Source: Hemiscyllium ocellatum
Taxonomy: Eukaryota
DNA: 64,000 nt
Direction of reading: 5' to 3'
NCBI RefSeq assembly: GCF_020745735.1
Contig: NC_083403.1
Coordinates: 126,064,526-126,128,525, forward strand
The notes below the pieces were generated by a model. It did not search any database. It worked only from the letters and a program-made list of their open reading frames with translations, and was not told the origin of the DNA. Position 1 is the first letter of the stretch; the number at the start of each line of letters is the position of its first letter. Positions 38,740 to 50,776 of the stretch are shown here, piece after piece. The position numbers were made by a program, and so were the translations under genes.

Positions 38740-39195
38740 ACAGACTGATTCTGGGATGCCAGGACTGACACATTAAGACAGACTGGATTGGACAGGAATA
38801 TATTCACTGCAGACTAGAAGAGTGAGTGGGACTCTCACAGAAGCCTATGAAATTCGAAGAGGACTAGACAGGGTAAAGACAGGAAGCACGTTGCTGAAGA
38901 ATGGGAAGTCCAGGATCAGTGCTCATGCTCTAAGGATACTGGGTGAGCCATTTAGGACTGAGATGAGGAGAAATTTCTTCACTCTGAGAGTAGTGAGCCT
39001 GTGGAATTCTCTGCCTCAGAAAGCAATTGAGACCAAAACATTGAATGTTTTTGAGAAGGAAATAAATATAGATTTTAGGGATCAAAGGGTATGGGGATGA
39101 AAACAGAAAAAGGATACTGAGTCGGATGATCAGCCATGATCATATTGAATGGTGGAGCAAACTCAAAGGGTTTACTGCTATGTTCTGTGTTTCTT
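38740..39195 (+). mobile_element. CR1 3' fragment
   Basis: FRTEMRRNFFTLRVVSLWNSLP. Confidence 0.85.
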
Positions 39196-41854
39196 TCCCC
39201 TTCCCTTTAGGTTTTGGTTATTTAGTACTTTTGAAATGTTATTATTTCTATTAGTATTAAGGAATAGCTGAACAAAAAGGGAAGGTCATTAATGTGTAGG
39301 AAGCACGTTGTTCATCATTGCTCAATGTGCTACCCAGTACTTCCACTTCCCAGCCCATCCCCCCGCCTCCTAAACTCCTCAAGAAAGTAGGGGGAAGCAT
39401 GAACCTTTTCTGAACTTTTGCTTTTCGGAAGGGATTGCTGATTGATAGGACATATTCTTTAAAAGATGAAAAACTAGGAGTGAAATTGGTCTTTGTCAGC
39501 AGTGTGAATAAGGCCCATTGCAAAACATCAGCCTGTTTTATACCAGACCCAATTGTCTTTCCTATTGAACGGCCAACTCCATCCTTAGGGAATGTGGAGC
39601 TTTTTTGAATATTTGTTGGAATTTTAGTTGTGTACATAGCATGCCAGAGAAATGAGGCAGGTGCATTGGGCATTCAGCCAGCAGTTGATAGGTGGAGGGG
39701 AGGGTATTCTGAAATTTCAGTTGATTTCCTCTGGGTATCAGGGAGAATTTGCTGAAAATTTTGATAGCTGGACCACAATGTACGACAAGTAGATTGTGCA
39801 TTTATCTGAGTTGAATGGAAAGTATGGGAAAAATGTATGAATATTGTTAATGACTTGGGTATTGATAAATAGCCTTTTTAACAATATAGTCATCTGAATA
39901 TGTCTGGAGTGGTGGAACTTAAAACAGGAAAAGTAATTTTGACTTTGTGCAATAATGTATTTGTGAGTGAAGGGCGTCTGGTTTGTGCTTACCCAGCATG
40001 CACTTGATGTGCACATGTACTACCTGACCACCACGTTAAGGGCCTTGATGCTCACTGAATGCCTGAGAAATGGGAACAATGTGACTCAATATTTGATAGG
40101 CCAACATATTCAGTGAGCACATTTAGGTCTGATGTTATATTGTTTTCATTTCAAAACTTTCTATTTTACAAAGCTAGTTTACCGAGGAGCCAAAAATGGG
40201 CCAAGCCTGGGACAGACAGGAAAGCGTATCTTTCTGAATTACTGAATATTCTCCCTAAGAGGAACTACACTACCTCAGCATCAAAAGATGGTGTCAACCC
40301 TTCATTGTCTGCATAAATGCACAACTGTTAAGTAGTGTGTTAACAAGAGCATTAAAAGAAAGAAAATCTGCCAATAGCTACGACAGAAAGAAATAAAATG
40401 ATTTTAAAAACCCTGAAATTTCATTATAGTAGACCACACAAACATACCTACACACACACACACACACGCATGACTTGTACACTGTCCCCTCATGGAAGCC
40501 AGGATTTTGACCCTCCTCCCCAAATGAACCCTTCCCCTCCCATACTCTATTGACTCACACCCACACCATCCCTTCTATTCAGTACTGTAATTCCTTTACA
40601 TCACAATACTCTGAATCCTTCCCCTAATTTCTTTCTGAACCATGACCCCTTCCTTGGCTTTTAGTGGCTGGACTCCTAGGTCCCACCCTTGAGCGACTCA
40701 CCCAGAAAGCTTTGAAATATCAAGCTTTGAAAGCTTGATGAATGACCACACTACAGCTAACTACAGCTTGCCAGCTGTCTTCCCAAGATTCCTCAGACTG
40801 GCTGCATATGAAGGCCTGTGCATCTCTCTCTGATAGCAGATTGCTTGGCTTTGTGTCTACAATAGACTGCAAGGCAAGAAGGGGTACTGCGAGCTTTTAA
40901 GGTACGGTTATGAGGAAAGCACCACCATGCCAGGCAAGGCAGGGATACTGTGAACTTTAGGTCAGCATAAAGTGAGAGTGAGTGTTAAGACAGCAAGTGA
41001 GCAGCCCTGAGGATGTGGTCTGTCCAAATCACTGTCCTTACAACAGTATTGTATTGAGAGATGCTGGAGTGCTGAAAGGTGCAGTGACGAGGTACAGAAC
41101 TGTCCAGTAAGTGTGTTGGGGATATGACATGCGGGTGTTAAGAGGCTAGCACATTAGAGGCAATGGATGTAGGGGACATGCAACACCCAAGAAATTGGTG
41201 CCAGCCATTCAAGATACCCAGCCAGAGGATGAAGCAACAATCTGGAGTTGCCAGGCGGACTGTCATGTTGGGAATTCTCAGTGTCTATTTTCCATACGAT
41301 AGCTGGGAGAATGGAAGTCTGCATTTTATTGAGGCAAGATTCAGAGACGTGATGATGACAATGTGCAATAGTTCCCATCAATTGGCCTCTGCTTGCTCTC
41401 TTGTGAGAATCCCTTCTCAATATCTGGGACATAGTTGGAAAATGCAGCTGGTTGGTCTTGGGGTCAGGAAAGATCTTGTTTGATCAGCCACCCGTTATCC
41501 AAAGTTTCTCACTTTAGCCCATGTCATTCAGGGCTTGGGAAGATTTTTAAAATGTGTCTCATGTTACATTGTTTAACTTCTATATCTGACTTAATTAAAT
41601 TGTTAATTTCAAGGAGATTAGAATTCAAAGGGAAAATAGGTAGGTGCATGGGGGAAATTAAATGAAAAAAATTAGATTTGGATTGGATGAAACATAGCTG
41701 GTGCAAGCTTGAGTGCAGCATAAACTCTACATGGACCATTTGGGTGGAATGGCCTATTTGTCATATAAATACTTTGGGTGTTAATACCTTTGGAAAACGT
41801 TGATAATTTGAACCCAGATCTTCCAGTCCTTGGTTCACTGGAGAACAAATGTAG

Positions 41855-42920
41855 AGCTGAAAATGTGTTGCTGGAAAAGCACAGCAGGTCAGGCAGCATC
41901 CAAGGAGCAGGAGAATCGACGTTTCGGGCATGAGCCCTTCTTTAGGAATGAGGAGAGTGTGCCAAGCAGGCTAAGATAAAAGGTAGGGAGGAGGGACTTG
42001 GGGGAGGGGCGTTGGAAATGCGATAGGTGGAAGGAGGTCAAGGTGAGGGTGATAGGCCGGGGTGGGGGTGGGGGCAGAGAGGTCAGGAAGAAGATTGCAG
42101 GTTAGGAAGGCGGTGTTGAGTTCAAGGGATTTGACTTAGACAAGGTGGGAGGAGGGGAAATGAGAAAACTGGAGAAATCTGAGTTCATCCCTTGAGGTTG
42201 GAGGGTTCCTAGGCGGAAGATGAGGCGCTCTTCCTCCAGCCATCGTATTGCTACGGTCTGGTGATGGAGGAGTCCAAGGACCTGCATGTCCTTGGGTGGA
42301 GTGGGAGGGGGAGTTGAAGTGTTGAGCCATGGAGTGGTTGGGTTGGTTGGTCCAGGTGTCCCAGGGGTGTTCTCTGAAACGGTCCGCAAGTAGGCGGCCT
42401 GTCTCCCCAATATAGAGGAGGGCACAACGGGTGCAGTGGATGCAGTAAATGATGTGTGTGGAAGTGCAGGTGAATTTGTGGCGGATATGGAAGGATCCCT
42501 TGTGACCTTGGAGGGAAGTAAGGGAGGAGGTGTGGGCGTAAGTTTTGCATTTCTTGCGGTTGCAGGGGAAGGTGCCGGGAGTGGAGGTTGGGTTGATGTG
42601 GGGTGTGGACCTGACGAGGGAGTCACGGAGGGAATGGTCTTTTCAGAACGCTGATAGGGGAGGGGAGGGAAATATATTTCTGGTAGTGGGGTCCGTTTGG
42701 AGGTGGTGGAAATGATGACGGATGATACGATGTATATGCAGGTTGGTGGGGTGGTAGGTGAGGACCAGTGGGTTTCTGTCCTGGGTTCTTCTCCTGCTAG
42801 AAGAGCTCATGCCCAAAACGTCGATTCTCCTGCTCCTTGGATGCTGCCTGACCTGCTGCACTTTTCCAGCAACACATTTTCAGCTCTGATCTCCAGCATC
42901 TGCAGTCCTCACTTTCTCCT
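41855..42920 (-). mobile_element. PLE (Neptune-like) fragment with linker, GIY-YIG and an inverted terminal repeat
   Basis: GTFPCNRKKCKT linker, LYIGETG, AQHFNSPSH; exact 16-bp TSD tggagaacaaatgtag (41839-41854 / 42921-42936). Confidence 0.92.
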
Positions 42921-43016
42921 TGGAGAACAAATGTAGCCTAGAAGGTGCCCATTAAACTTTTCCCTTTCTCCCAGCCAGAGTCTCACTTAAATCCAGGAGA
43001 AACAGGAATATATTGT

Positions 43017-43332
43017 AGATTAGATTAGATTACTTACAGTGTGGAAAACAGGCCCTTCGGCCCAATAAGTCCACACCGACCTGCCGAAGCGCAACCCACC
43101 CATACCCCGATATTTACCCCTTACCTAACACAACGGGCAATTTAGCATGGCCAATTCACCTGACCCGCACATCTTTGGACTGTGGGAGGAAACCGGAGCA
43201 CCCGGAGGAAACCCACGCAGACCCAGGGAGAACGTGCAAACTCCACACAGTCAGTCGCCTGACACGGGAATTGAATCCGGGTCTCAGGCGCTGTGAGGCA
43301 GCAGTGCTAACCACTGTGCCACCGTGCCGCCC
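43017..43332 (-). mobile_element. HE1 SINE, full length, young
   Basis: gggcggcacggtggcacagtggttagcactgctgcctcacagc head; (taatc)n tail. Confidence 0.92.
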
Positions 43333-45960
43333 AAAATTGTACTTCTTTCAATTTTGCCAACTGCATTTGCTGCTGAGCGTGGTCTGCTGTACATTGGGCA
43401 AACACAGACAGTGTGATTGAGTCAACAACTCTGCCATCAAAAATCCAGGTTTTCAGTCTTTTCTCCAGTCCCCTACATTTGCTTAAAACTTGCTATGTTT
43501 CTAAAATTTTTCCAATTCTGATGAAAGGCCAGTGACCTGAAATGTTAACATTGAAATTTTCTATCAGCCAGACCACATGTGGGAGCTGGCATGTCAGTTG
43601 TCGACTAACTTGCCACTCCACTGTCAGTAAGACCCAGCAGCTTGTGTGCCAATCTCAAGGCTGTTACCCCTACTTTCCCTGGTCCACCAGGTTTACTCAG
43701 TATAGTGATGAGAGTTGACTGATATGCTTCCCGGCCTATCACAAGCCTCGACAGTAGTGTCCCAGCTTGCCAGAAGTTGCAGGCCAATCAGAGATGTTAC
43801 TTCATTTGGAGTGGGAGTTACAGGGTTGAGGGAAGGGGGAGGTTTGGGGAGAGGGGTGTGGCATATTGGTCAAATGGAGCCTTGTTGGCCCTGGTTACAC
43901 AGTCAGAAAAGCAGCCTGATTCTCATGTGCCAGGAAAGCAGGTAACCAGGGAGACAGCAACAAGACCCTTAAGTGGTCGTTAATTGAGGCCTTAATTGCT
44001 GGTGAGCCAAGAAAATCCTTAATGAAGCTTCTCACTTACTAGTTCATTAGGGAGAATACCAATCAGTAGCAGAGTTGTGTTCCTTCTCACTCTATATAAC
44101 AGTGTAAACAATTCAAATTTGTGAGTCTAATTATCAGTATTGATCTTAGTGTCAATACTGACAAGAAATCAACATTGATGCCTGTATATCTAAATCTGCA
44201 TTTCCAGCATTGTTCTTTTTGACATTTACATTTAGCGACTGTATTGATCCCTCAACCAGTATCCACAATAGTTACAGGCAATATTAGGTTTTTATTTGGC
44301 ATTACTTGGTTCAAAACGGTCCTTTCCCAGTGCAACAGTGTTAATGCTAAGTGACTCCTTATAGTGCCTATCAAAACCAAAAGAACTGATTTTGCCTTGT
44401 GAAATTATTGGAGCATTGGGGTGTTCTCATGTGATTTGTCATAAACGGTTCCAACGCCTCCATGAAATTGACAACAAAACATTCCTATGAAAGCAGACAG
44501 GGCTGGAAGCTAAGTAACCTTGTGTTGCCTTTCTCTCTTTGTTTACCAGTTTTCACTTTGATATTGAAAGCAACTCACCAGCCAGGACTACCTAATCTGT
44601 GGGTGCTAATCCCTCCAGGCAAATCATTTTAATTATAGGTTTGCTTTTCCTGATATTTTGACTTTGGAATAGTGCGCACACCATGAAGCTGATGGTTGCT
44701 GTGGGAGGGAGAGGAAAATAAAAGTTAATCGATGGGAATGCCACGGAAAAGTTTAAGGATGCAATAACTAAAGTTTTGGGATGTCTGTAACTGTCCTGCT
44801 TTTACTCTAGTGTTGAGTTCTGTATTAGGGAAGGAAATGCAGCAGATGTCGTAAACATGGATTCTCAGACAGTATTCAACATGGAGACACTTGCATTTCA
44901 TGTTGCTTTCAGGGCATCCCAAAGATCTTCCTTTGATGTCCATTTCCTGCTATTAAATTCACATTTAGCAAAGTCACACAAGTGGCAAAATTAGACTCAT
45001 GACCAATTAATTGGTCTTGGCACCAAGTTGAAAATCACAGAACACCAGGTTTATTTGGAAGTACTAGCTTTCAGAGCGCTGCTCCTTCATCAAGTGGTAT
45101 CTTGGCACAGTTGTTAAAATACCGGTCAGGCCTTTATGCTTTTCCTTAAAGTGGATCTTCCTCTGCACCTTCTCTGTAGCTGTAGTTCTTCTGCATTCTG
45201 TTCTATTATCCTGATGTCAGGTGTAATTTGCCTGCTTAGCACACAAAACAACACTTTTCACTGTATCTTGGTGCATGTGACAATAATAAATCAAATCAAA
45301 AGTGTACCATGGGATCTTTCACACCCACTAGAAGAATCAGGAAGGCTCTTGGTTTAATGACTCATCACAAAAATGAATGTATGTGATATTGAAGGAAACA
45401 CAGCCAAATAAATTGAGATAAGGGTAAATTGGTATACTTTTTTTGGATTGGCAGGTAGTAATGTCACCTGGGTTTGTATGCTGAGACCATGTTTTTTTTA
45501 ATCAGAGCTTTTAAGAAGAAACTAGAGAATCAAAAAGCAAGGAAGCTTTTCATACAGCTGGTTGTTGAAATATGTATTAAGGCAAAAGCTGAATTTTAAT
45601 CACAAAGAGTGTGTGGAATTGGGAGTTGGAAGTTAAAATCAGTAAACCTGACAGCAGGTTTGGGAAATCATCTCCAAATAGCTCACTTCCATGTTTCACA
45701 ACAGCACTTTAGATGCATGTTACCAATTACTGTATGTTAATCATGCACTTAGAATGATAGTGGCATGGTTTTCCAGGCCTCTTGAAACTTACCAGAAACG
45801 ATCAGGTGAGCCCTTAGCGATAGTTCGGCAATGAATGAGTGAAAAATATCAGGGTTTTCTTTTGGAAAACAACAATGGTCATCATGAAATTCCAGATTTA
45901 TACTGAATTCAAATTGCACCATCTCCTGGGGTGGGATTTGAAACAAAGTCCCAGACACAC

Positions 45961-46246
45961 GTGGGCAGCATGGTGGCACAGTGGTTAGCACTGCTGCCTC
46001 ATAGCACCAGAGACTGGGGTTCAATTCCCAACTCGGGCTACTGTCTGTGTGGAGTTGGCACATTCTCCCCATGTCTGCGTAGGTTTCCTCCCACAGTCAC
46101 AAAGATGTGCAGGTTAGATGAATTGGCCATGCTAGATTTCCTGTAGTGTTAGGTGAATATGGGGGAATGGGTCTGGGTGGGTTGCTCTTCGGAGGGTGGA
46201 CTTGTTGGGCCAAAGGGCTTGTTTCCACACTGTAGGGAATCTAATC
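45961..46246 (+). mobile_element. HE1 SINE
   Basis: tRNA-like A/B boxes; gtttccacactgtagggaatctaatc tail. Confidence 0.9.
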
Positions 46247-47465
46247 TTGATGACCTGTGTCTCTGGTTTACTAAAGATGTCATCATTAACCCAAAGGACC
46301 ACAGTGCTGCTCTCTCTTTAGAGAGAGATAGCTAATGGTGAGTTTAACCTGGCAGTCACCATACTTCAGGTGAGGGGTGAGGTTGAGAAGACAGGACTGT
46401 CATGGTGACCTCAGCCAGTGTGGAAATTGAGCTTGCAGTCGGCATCATTCTGCATCATGAACCAGTTGTCCAGCCAACTGAGCTAACCAGTCCTGGATTA
46501 TTTGTCCAGCAACAATGCACTCGGCCATCCTTTCCCTGTTCAGCTCTGTGCGATTAGAGAAAGACATTGGTCAGAGCGCAATGACAACGCTGGTGTCAAA
46601 CTAATGTGAAACCATGACCAGAATCCTAGTCTGCATTCTCCACAATCATTTGGTGATTACTCACCCCAGAGATACCAAAGACTCACAAAAATGACCTGCT
46701 CCAGAAGTGTGCACTTCCAAGTCCACCTGTGACAACCTGGAAATAGCCTCCCATGTTTTCAAGCATTGCTGTGAATAATTTATGACACAATTAATCTAAC
46801 GCAATATCATGCCAAATAAAAGCCTCTTGTATCTCTGCACAGTGTCATGTTCTGACAGGACTTTAACAAAGCGCCAATACAAAACAACCTACAATGAATC
46901 CCGACTGTTCATCGTCAGCTTTAACCATAACAGTATCTGGTATAGGCTTATAAACATCGGATGTTAGTATGAGAAGATCTCATCATATTAATTGTAGCTG
47001 TATAAAAACACATTTGCTTCGTTTCAAATATAAAAAGATTGCTGTCTAAACACAAAAGCTGTTCATGTTACTTATATCACAAGCTAATTCTTTATTTAAC
47101 TGATCTAACGTGAAAACTCTTGAGATTATCAGACTACTTTATCTATAGTTTCGGAGCTCAATGTGATATCCTGCAAAGTGTTGCATCATTAATGAATTAT
47201 TGAAGGGATGCTATTGAAAGCACATCCTCGGCATCTTGCACCACCCCACCTCCCCCCCCCTCACCTTTCCTCCCCCTTTGAGTTTTAACCCACTAAACCA
47301 CTACAGTTTAATTTATCTTATCACCATTCTCTGGTGATTTGCCACTCTAGGATTGGACCTGTTACAAATAGTATTTTTGGAAACAAAAGTACCCCAGTTG
47401 CTAACTGTTTCAAATTGAAATGGAGAGTGCAAGAGTGAAAATGTTCCCCTTCCTGATGTAGGGAG

Positions 47466-47740
47466 ATTTGATTCGATTTATTCCTGTCACGTGTACCTAG
47501 ATAGAGTGAAAAGTTTTGTTTTGTATGCAATATAGACAAATCATACCACGTGAAGTGCATATGGGTAATAAAACAATGTTATAGCCATAGAGAAGATGTA
47601 CAAAGAGCGAGATCAACATTAAATTTAAAATTTATAATAATAGTGGGGAAGAAGCTGTTTGCAAATTTGTTAGTGCGTGTGTTCATCTTCCCAATGGAAG
47701 AGATTGTAATTCGGGTGGGTGGGATCTTTGATGATGTTGG
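47466..47740 (-). mobile_element. Rex/Babar LINE, 3' end
   Basis: RTNKFANSFFPTII motif plus ttttcact..cacgtgaca..aaatc tail. Confidence 0.7.
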
Positions 47741-47820
47741 CCCCCTCCCCAAGATAATGTGAGTCCTAAGTTGGTGGGGAGGGTGGGTGGGGTGGTGAGT
47801 GGGGGGTGGGGGGTGTGTGG

Positions 47821-48128
47821 AATACACGAACACCAGCTAGCCACCCTCTCTCCCTCGTAGCCCTACACACGGATGAAAAAAACCCACCTGTATTCTGGTG
47901 GCTAACTTTCTTCCTGTTTGTCCTATGTAATGTTTGTGGCAGTCCTTACCACCATTTCGACTGGGACAACACATCCATCCTGGGACAGGCTAAACAAAGA
48001 CATGCCAGAGAATTCCTAGAGGCCTGGCTTCGCTTCGCTTGGAGGTCGCCACTGATGATGTTACCTCGCCAGGTAATGAAACGTCTGGATATCAAACCTA
48101 CAGCTCAGCAAACAAACCTAAACCCTAG
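47821..48128 (+). mobile_element. PLE family D fragment (GIY-YIG C-terminus plus HHR), internally rearranged
   Basis: IHEHQLA, LVALHTDEKN, HHFDWDNTSILGQAKQRHAREFLEAW. Confidence 0.85.
48049..48088 (+). ncRNA. Minimal type I hammerhead ribozyme (family D)
   Basis: cca-CTGATGA-t-gttacc-tcgcca-ggtaat-GAAAC-GTC-tgg. Confidence 0.8.
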
Positions 48129-50245
48129 ATGCCTTTGTATTGACATAGACACACTCAGCTCATGGCTGTTAGCTTGCTTTCTCAATGCTCACTGATGTTG
48201 GGGTACAGATTGCCAGACCCTGCGGTTTAGCTAGCTGGTTGGCACAGGGTAAGAGGCTGGCAACCTGTGACAGTGGGGAGAAATCAAACGTCAGACGGGG
48301 TGGGACTATGCATCATCAACATCAAAATCAACACTGCAGGAGGTGCCAGCAGCAATCACACTTCAAATAAGTTGTTGATGTGTGAAAGCCAAAGGGGAAG
48401 AGTCCTTGGTGTGAGTAAGGGAACTACAGTCAGTCAGGGGGAGACACCAACACAACTGGCTCCATTGAGCACACTAATAGAGAGTTCATCATGGCTAGCC
48501 CTGGAAGGGCAAGTAGTTGGGAGATGACAGTAGGGTCAGGTGGTACGCAGTTCAGCCATCAGTCTGGGGCCAGTGAGAGAAAGAGAGAGAGCGAGAATGA
48601 TGGAAGTGAAATGGAAGAGCAGTCTGTGGTGATCCATGAAGTTGAGAGATAGTGAGGTATCTCCAGTGAGTGCAAAAGGTGGGAAAGATTAGTAGTTTTT
48701 GCAGGATTGGGTGAGTGAGAGCCCTGGAGTGAACATGACGCATGCAGTATTGACTGTTAGGGGTACGTCGTGGCTTGCAGCATCAGAAGTGATGAGCAGC
48801 TGAGCTTTAAATAAGGCAGCAGAGGCAATGGAAGCCAAAAGGTCTCACCAATAGCAAGCACCTCCACATTGCTCACCATTCAGTTCCCTGAGAAACATAC
48901 CAAACAGCTCGGCTGTATACACAACGAAGCGTAAAGTGGAATATTGCATGAGAAAATTCATCATAGGAAAGGGCAGACAAGATACCATGAAAATCACTCG
49001 AAACACATTTTAATTGCATTTAGCAAAATTCAGGTCTCTTCCAGTTCTTTCCAATCAAGTTCTTATTTTCCCCAAATAATCTTATCTTTTAATCTCTCCT
49101 GTCTTTCATAGAATTCTCCATTTTGCTCTTTTCCTGGCTTCTTTATCCTTGGTTCTATATTTATCTAAAATGCTGTTCATCTGTAAAATCTCCCGGTTTA
49201 AACGACGGTCATCAGCCTGAAATGTTGGGTAGAATCTTACAGGGGTCTGAACGACGTGGGCTGTGGCCAGATTCATGGCAGAATCAGATGAGGAAAGTCT
49301 AGTGAGGTCTCTCTCGCTGGTGGGAGTATGTCGCTTCACCTTTCATGTCCCCTTTGCCAAATCTTCTTGCTAGGCAACACCAAATGCACCAAGCTTGACG
49401 ATAAAACCTCTTCACATGACCACCGGAGTGGGTATCTGGCAATTTAACTTCACCACTTAGTCCAAAGGATCTCTGTGTAGAACCCCAAACACCAACATTC
49501 CCCACTCCATGGTCACTGGCCACATGCAAACAGACGTTGGTATCCAACATGTACCAGCCTTTCGGAACCCTCCTGATAAACCTTATGGCACATTTACAGG
49601 GTGCTTCTGCACTTCAAGCTGCACATTGGGCTACATCAGCAACAATCATTGTACTGCTGCAGCAAGGACACTGCATTAAGGGACACATACCCATTGGCAG
49701 ATGAAGGCCATTCAGCCCATCGAGTCTGTTCCATCCTCAATGAGATCAAGAATGATCCACAACTCCATTTAACTCCATAAATCAGACCAGGTTATACCTC
49801 TGGGCTCTTCACTTGCTCTCTTGGGTGTTCATTTACTTACTCTGAACCTATCTGGATGCTTAGAGCATCCTGGCTTTACCTTGCCTCTTTATGATTTGCC
49901 ACCTCAGCCATGAGATACCAGCCTCACGGTCCTGCTATTTGCTGTGCTGTTTAACACACATAACAACACCAGGGCGTTCAGCAGCAGTCCTCAGTCATGT
50001 CAAAGAGGAGAGCCTTCAGGCAGAGGGTAAAGGCCAGTAAGTCAAGGGTCGAAACCAAATCCAGTCCAGGTGCTTGGACACAATCAGTCAGCTGCTCAGG
50101 GTGGTCAAAGTCAAGATGCTCTCCACATAAAGTGTGAGGAGCAAACATCAGGGAGCTCATCATTTATCCTTCTGCCATAGGGGCTGTTTTCCCCCTGGAA
50201 TGAGAGAGAGAGGCAAGTATTAAGAGAGATAAAAGTGGATAGCAG

Positions 50246-50582
50246 AGTTTAGATTAGTTTCCCTACAGTGTATAAACAGGCCCTTTGGCCCAACAAGTCC
50301 ACACCGACCCTCCAAAGAGCAACCCACCCAGACCCATTCCCCTACACTTACCACTGACTAATGCACCTAACACTACAGGCAATTTAGCATGGCCAATTCA
50401 CCTGGCCTGCATATGTTTGGACTGTGGGAGGAAATCAGAGCACCCAGGGGAAACCCACACAGGCACAGGGAGAATGTGCAAACTCCACACAGACAGTCAC
50501 TCAAGGCTGGAATTGAACCTGGGACCCTGGTGCTGTGAGGCAGCAGTGCTAACCACTGAGCCACTGAGCCACCATGCCACAC
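50246..50582 (-). mobile_element. HE1 SINE
   Basis: Homologous to 43017-43332. Confidence 0.9.
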
Positions 50583-50667
50583 CCTTTTTGATACTGTTGG
50601 TGGAGATGGGGAGATGCCCCAAATGAGTAGACAGAGCAGAGGGCAGGTTGGGTTAGTAATGTCAGGG

Positions 50668-50776
50668 TTAAGATTAGAGTGGTGCTGGAAAAGCACAGTA
50701 GGTCAAGCAGCATCCGAGGAGAATGAAAATCAACGTTTTGGGCAAAAGCCCTTCTTCAGCCCTACTCACTTTTGCC
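50668..50776 (-). mobile_element. PLE family A fragment
   Basis: 15-bp TSD tta(g/c)taatgtcaggg (50653-50667 / 50777-50791). Confidence 0.72.

Noticed and set aside
43260-43332. tRNA genes at SINE heads (also 45961, 50510, 38640)
   Set aside because: A and B boxes are present but continue into SINE bodies and LINE-derived tails; no complete cloverleaf.
49106-49339. Minus-strand ORF with a charged tail (REILQMNSILDKYRTKDKEARKRAKW)
   Set aside because: GTG start, no credible splice acceptor, no recognisable family; explained by purine-rich composition.
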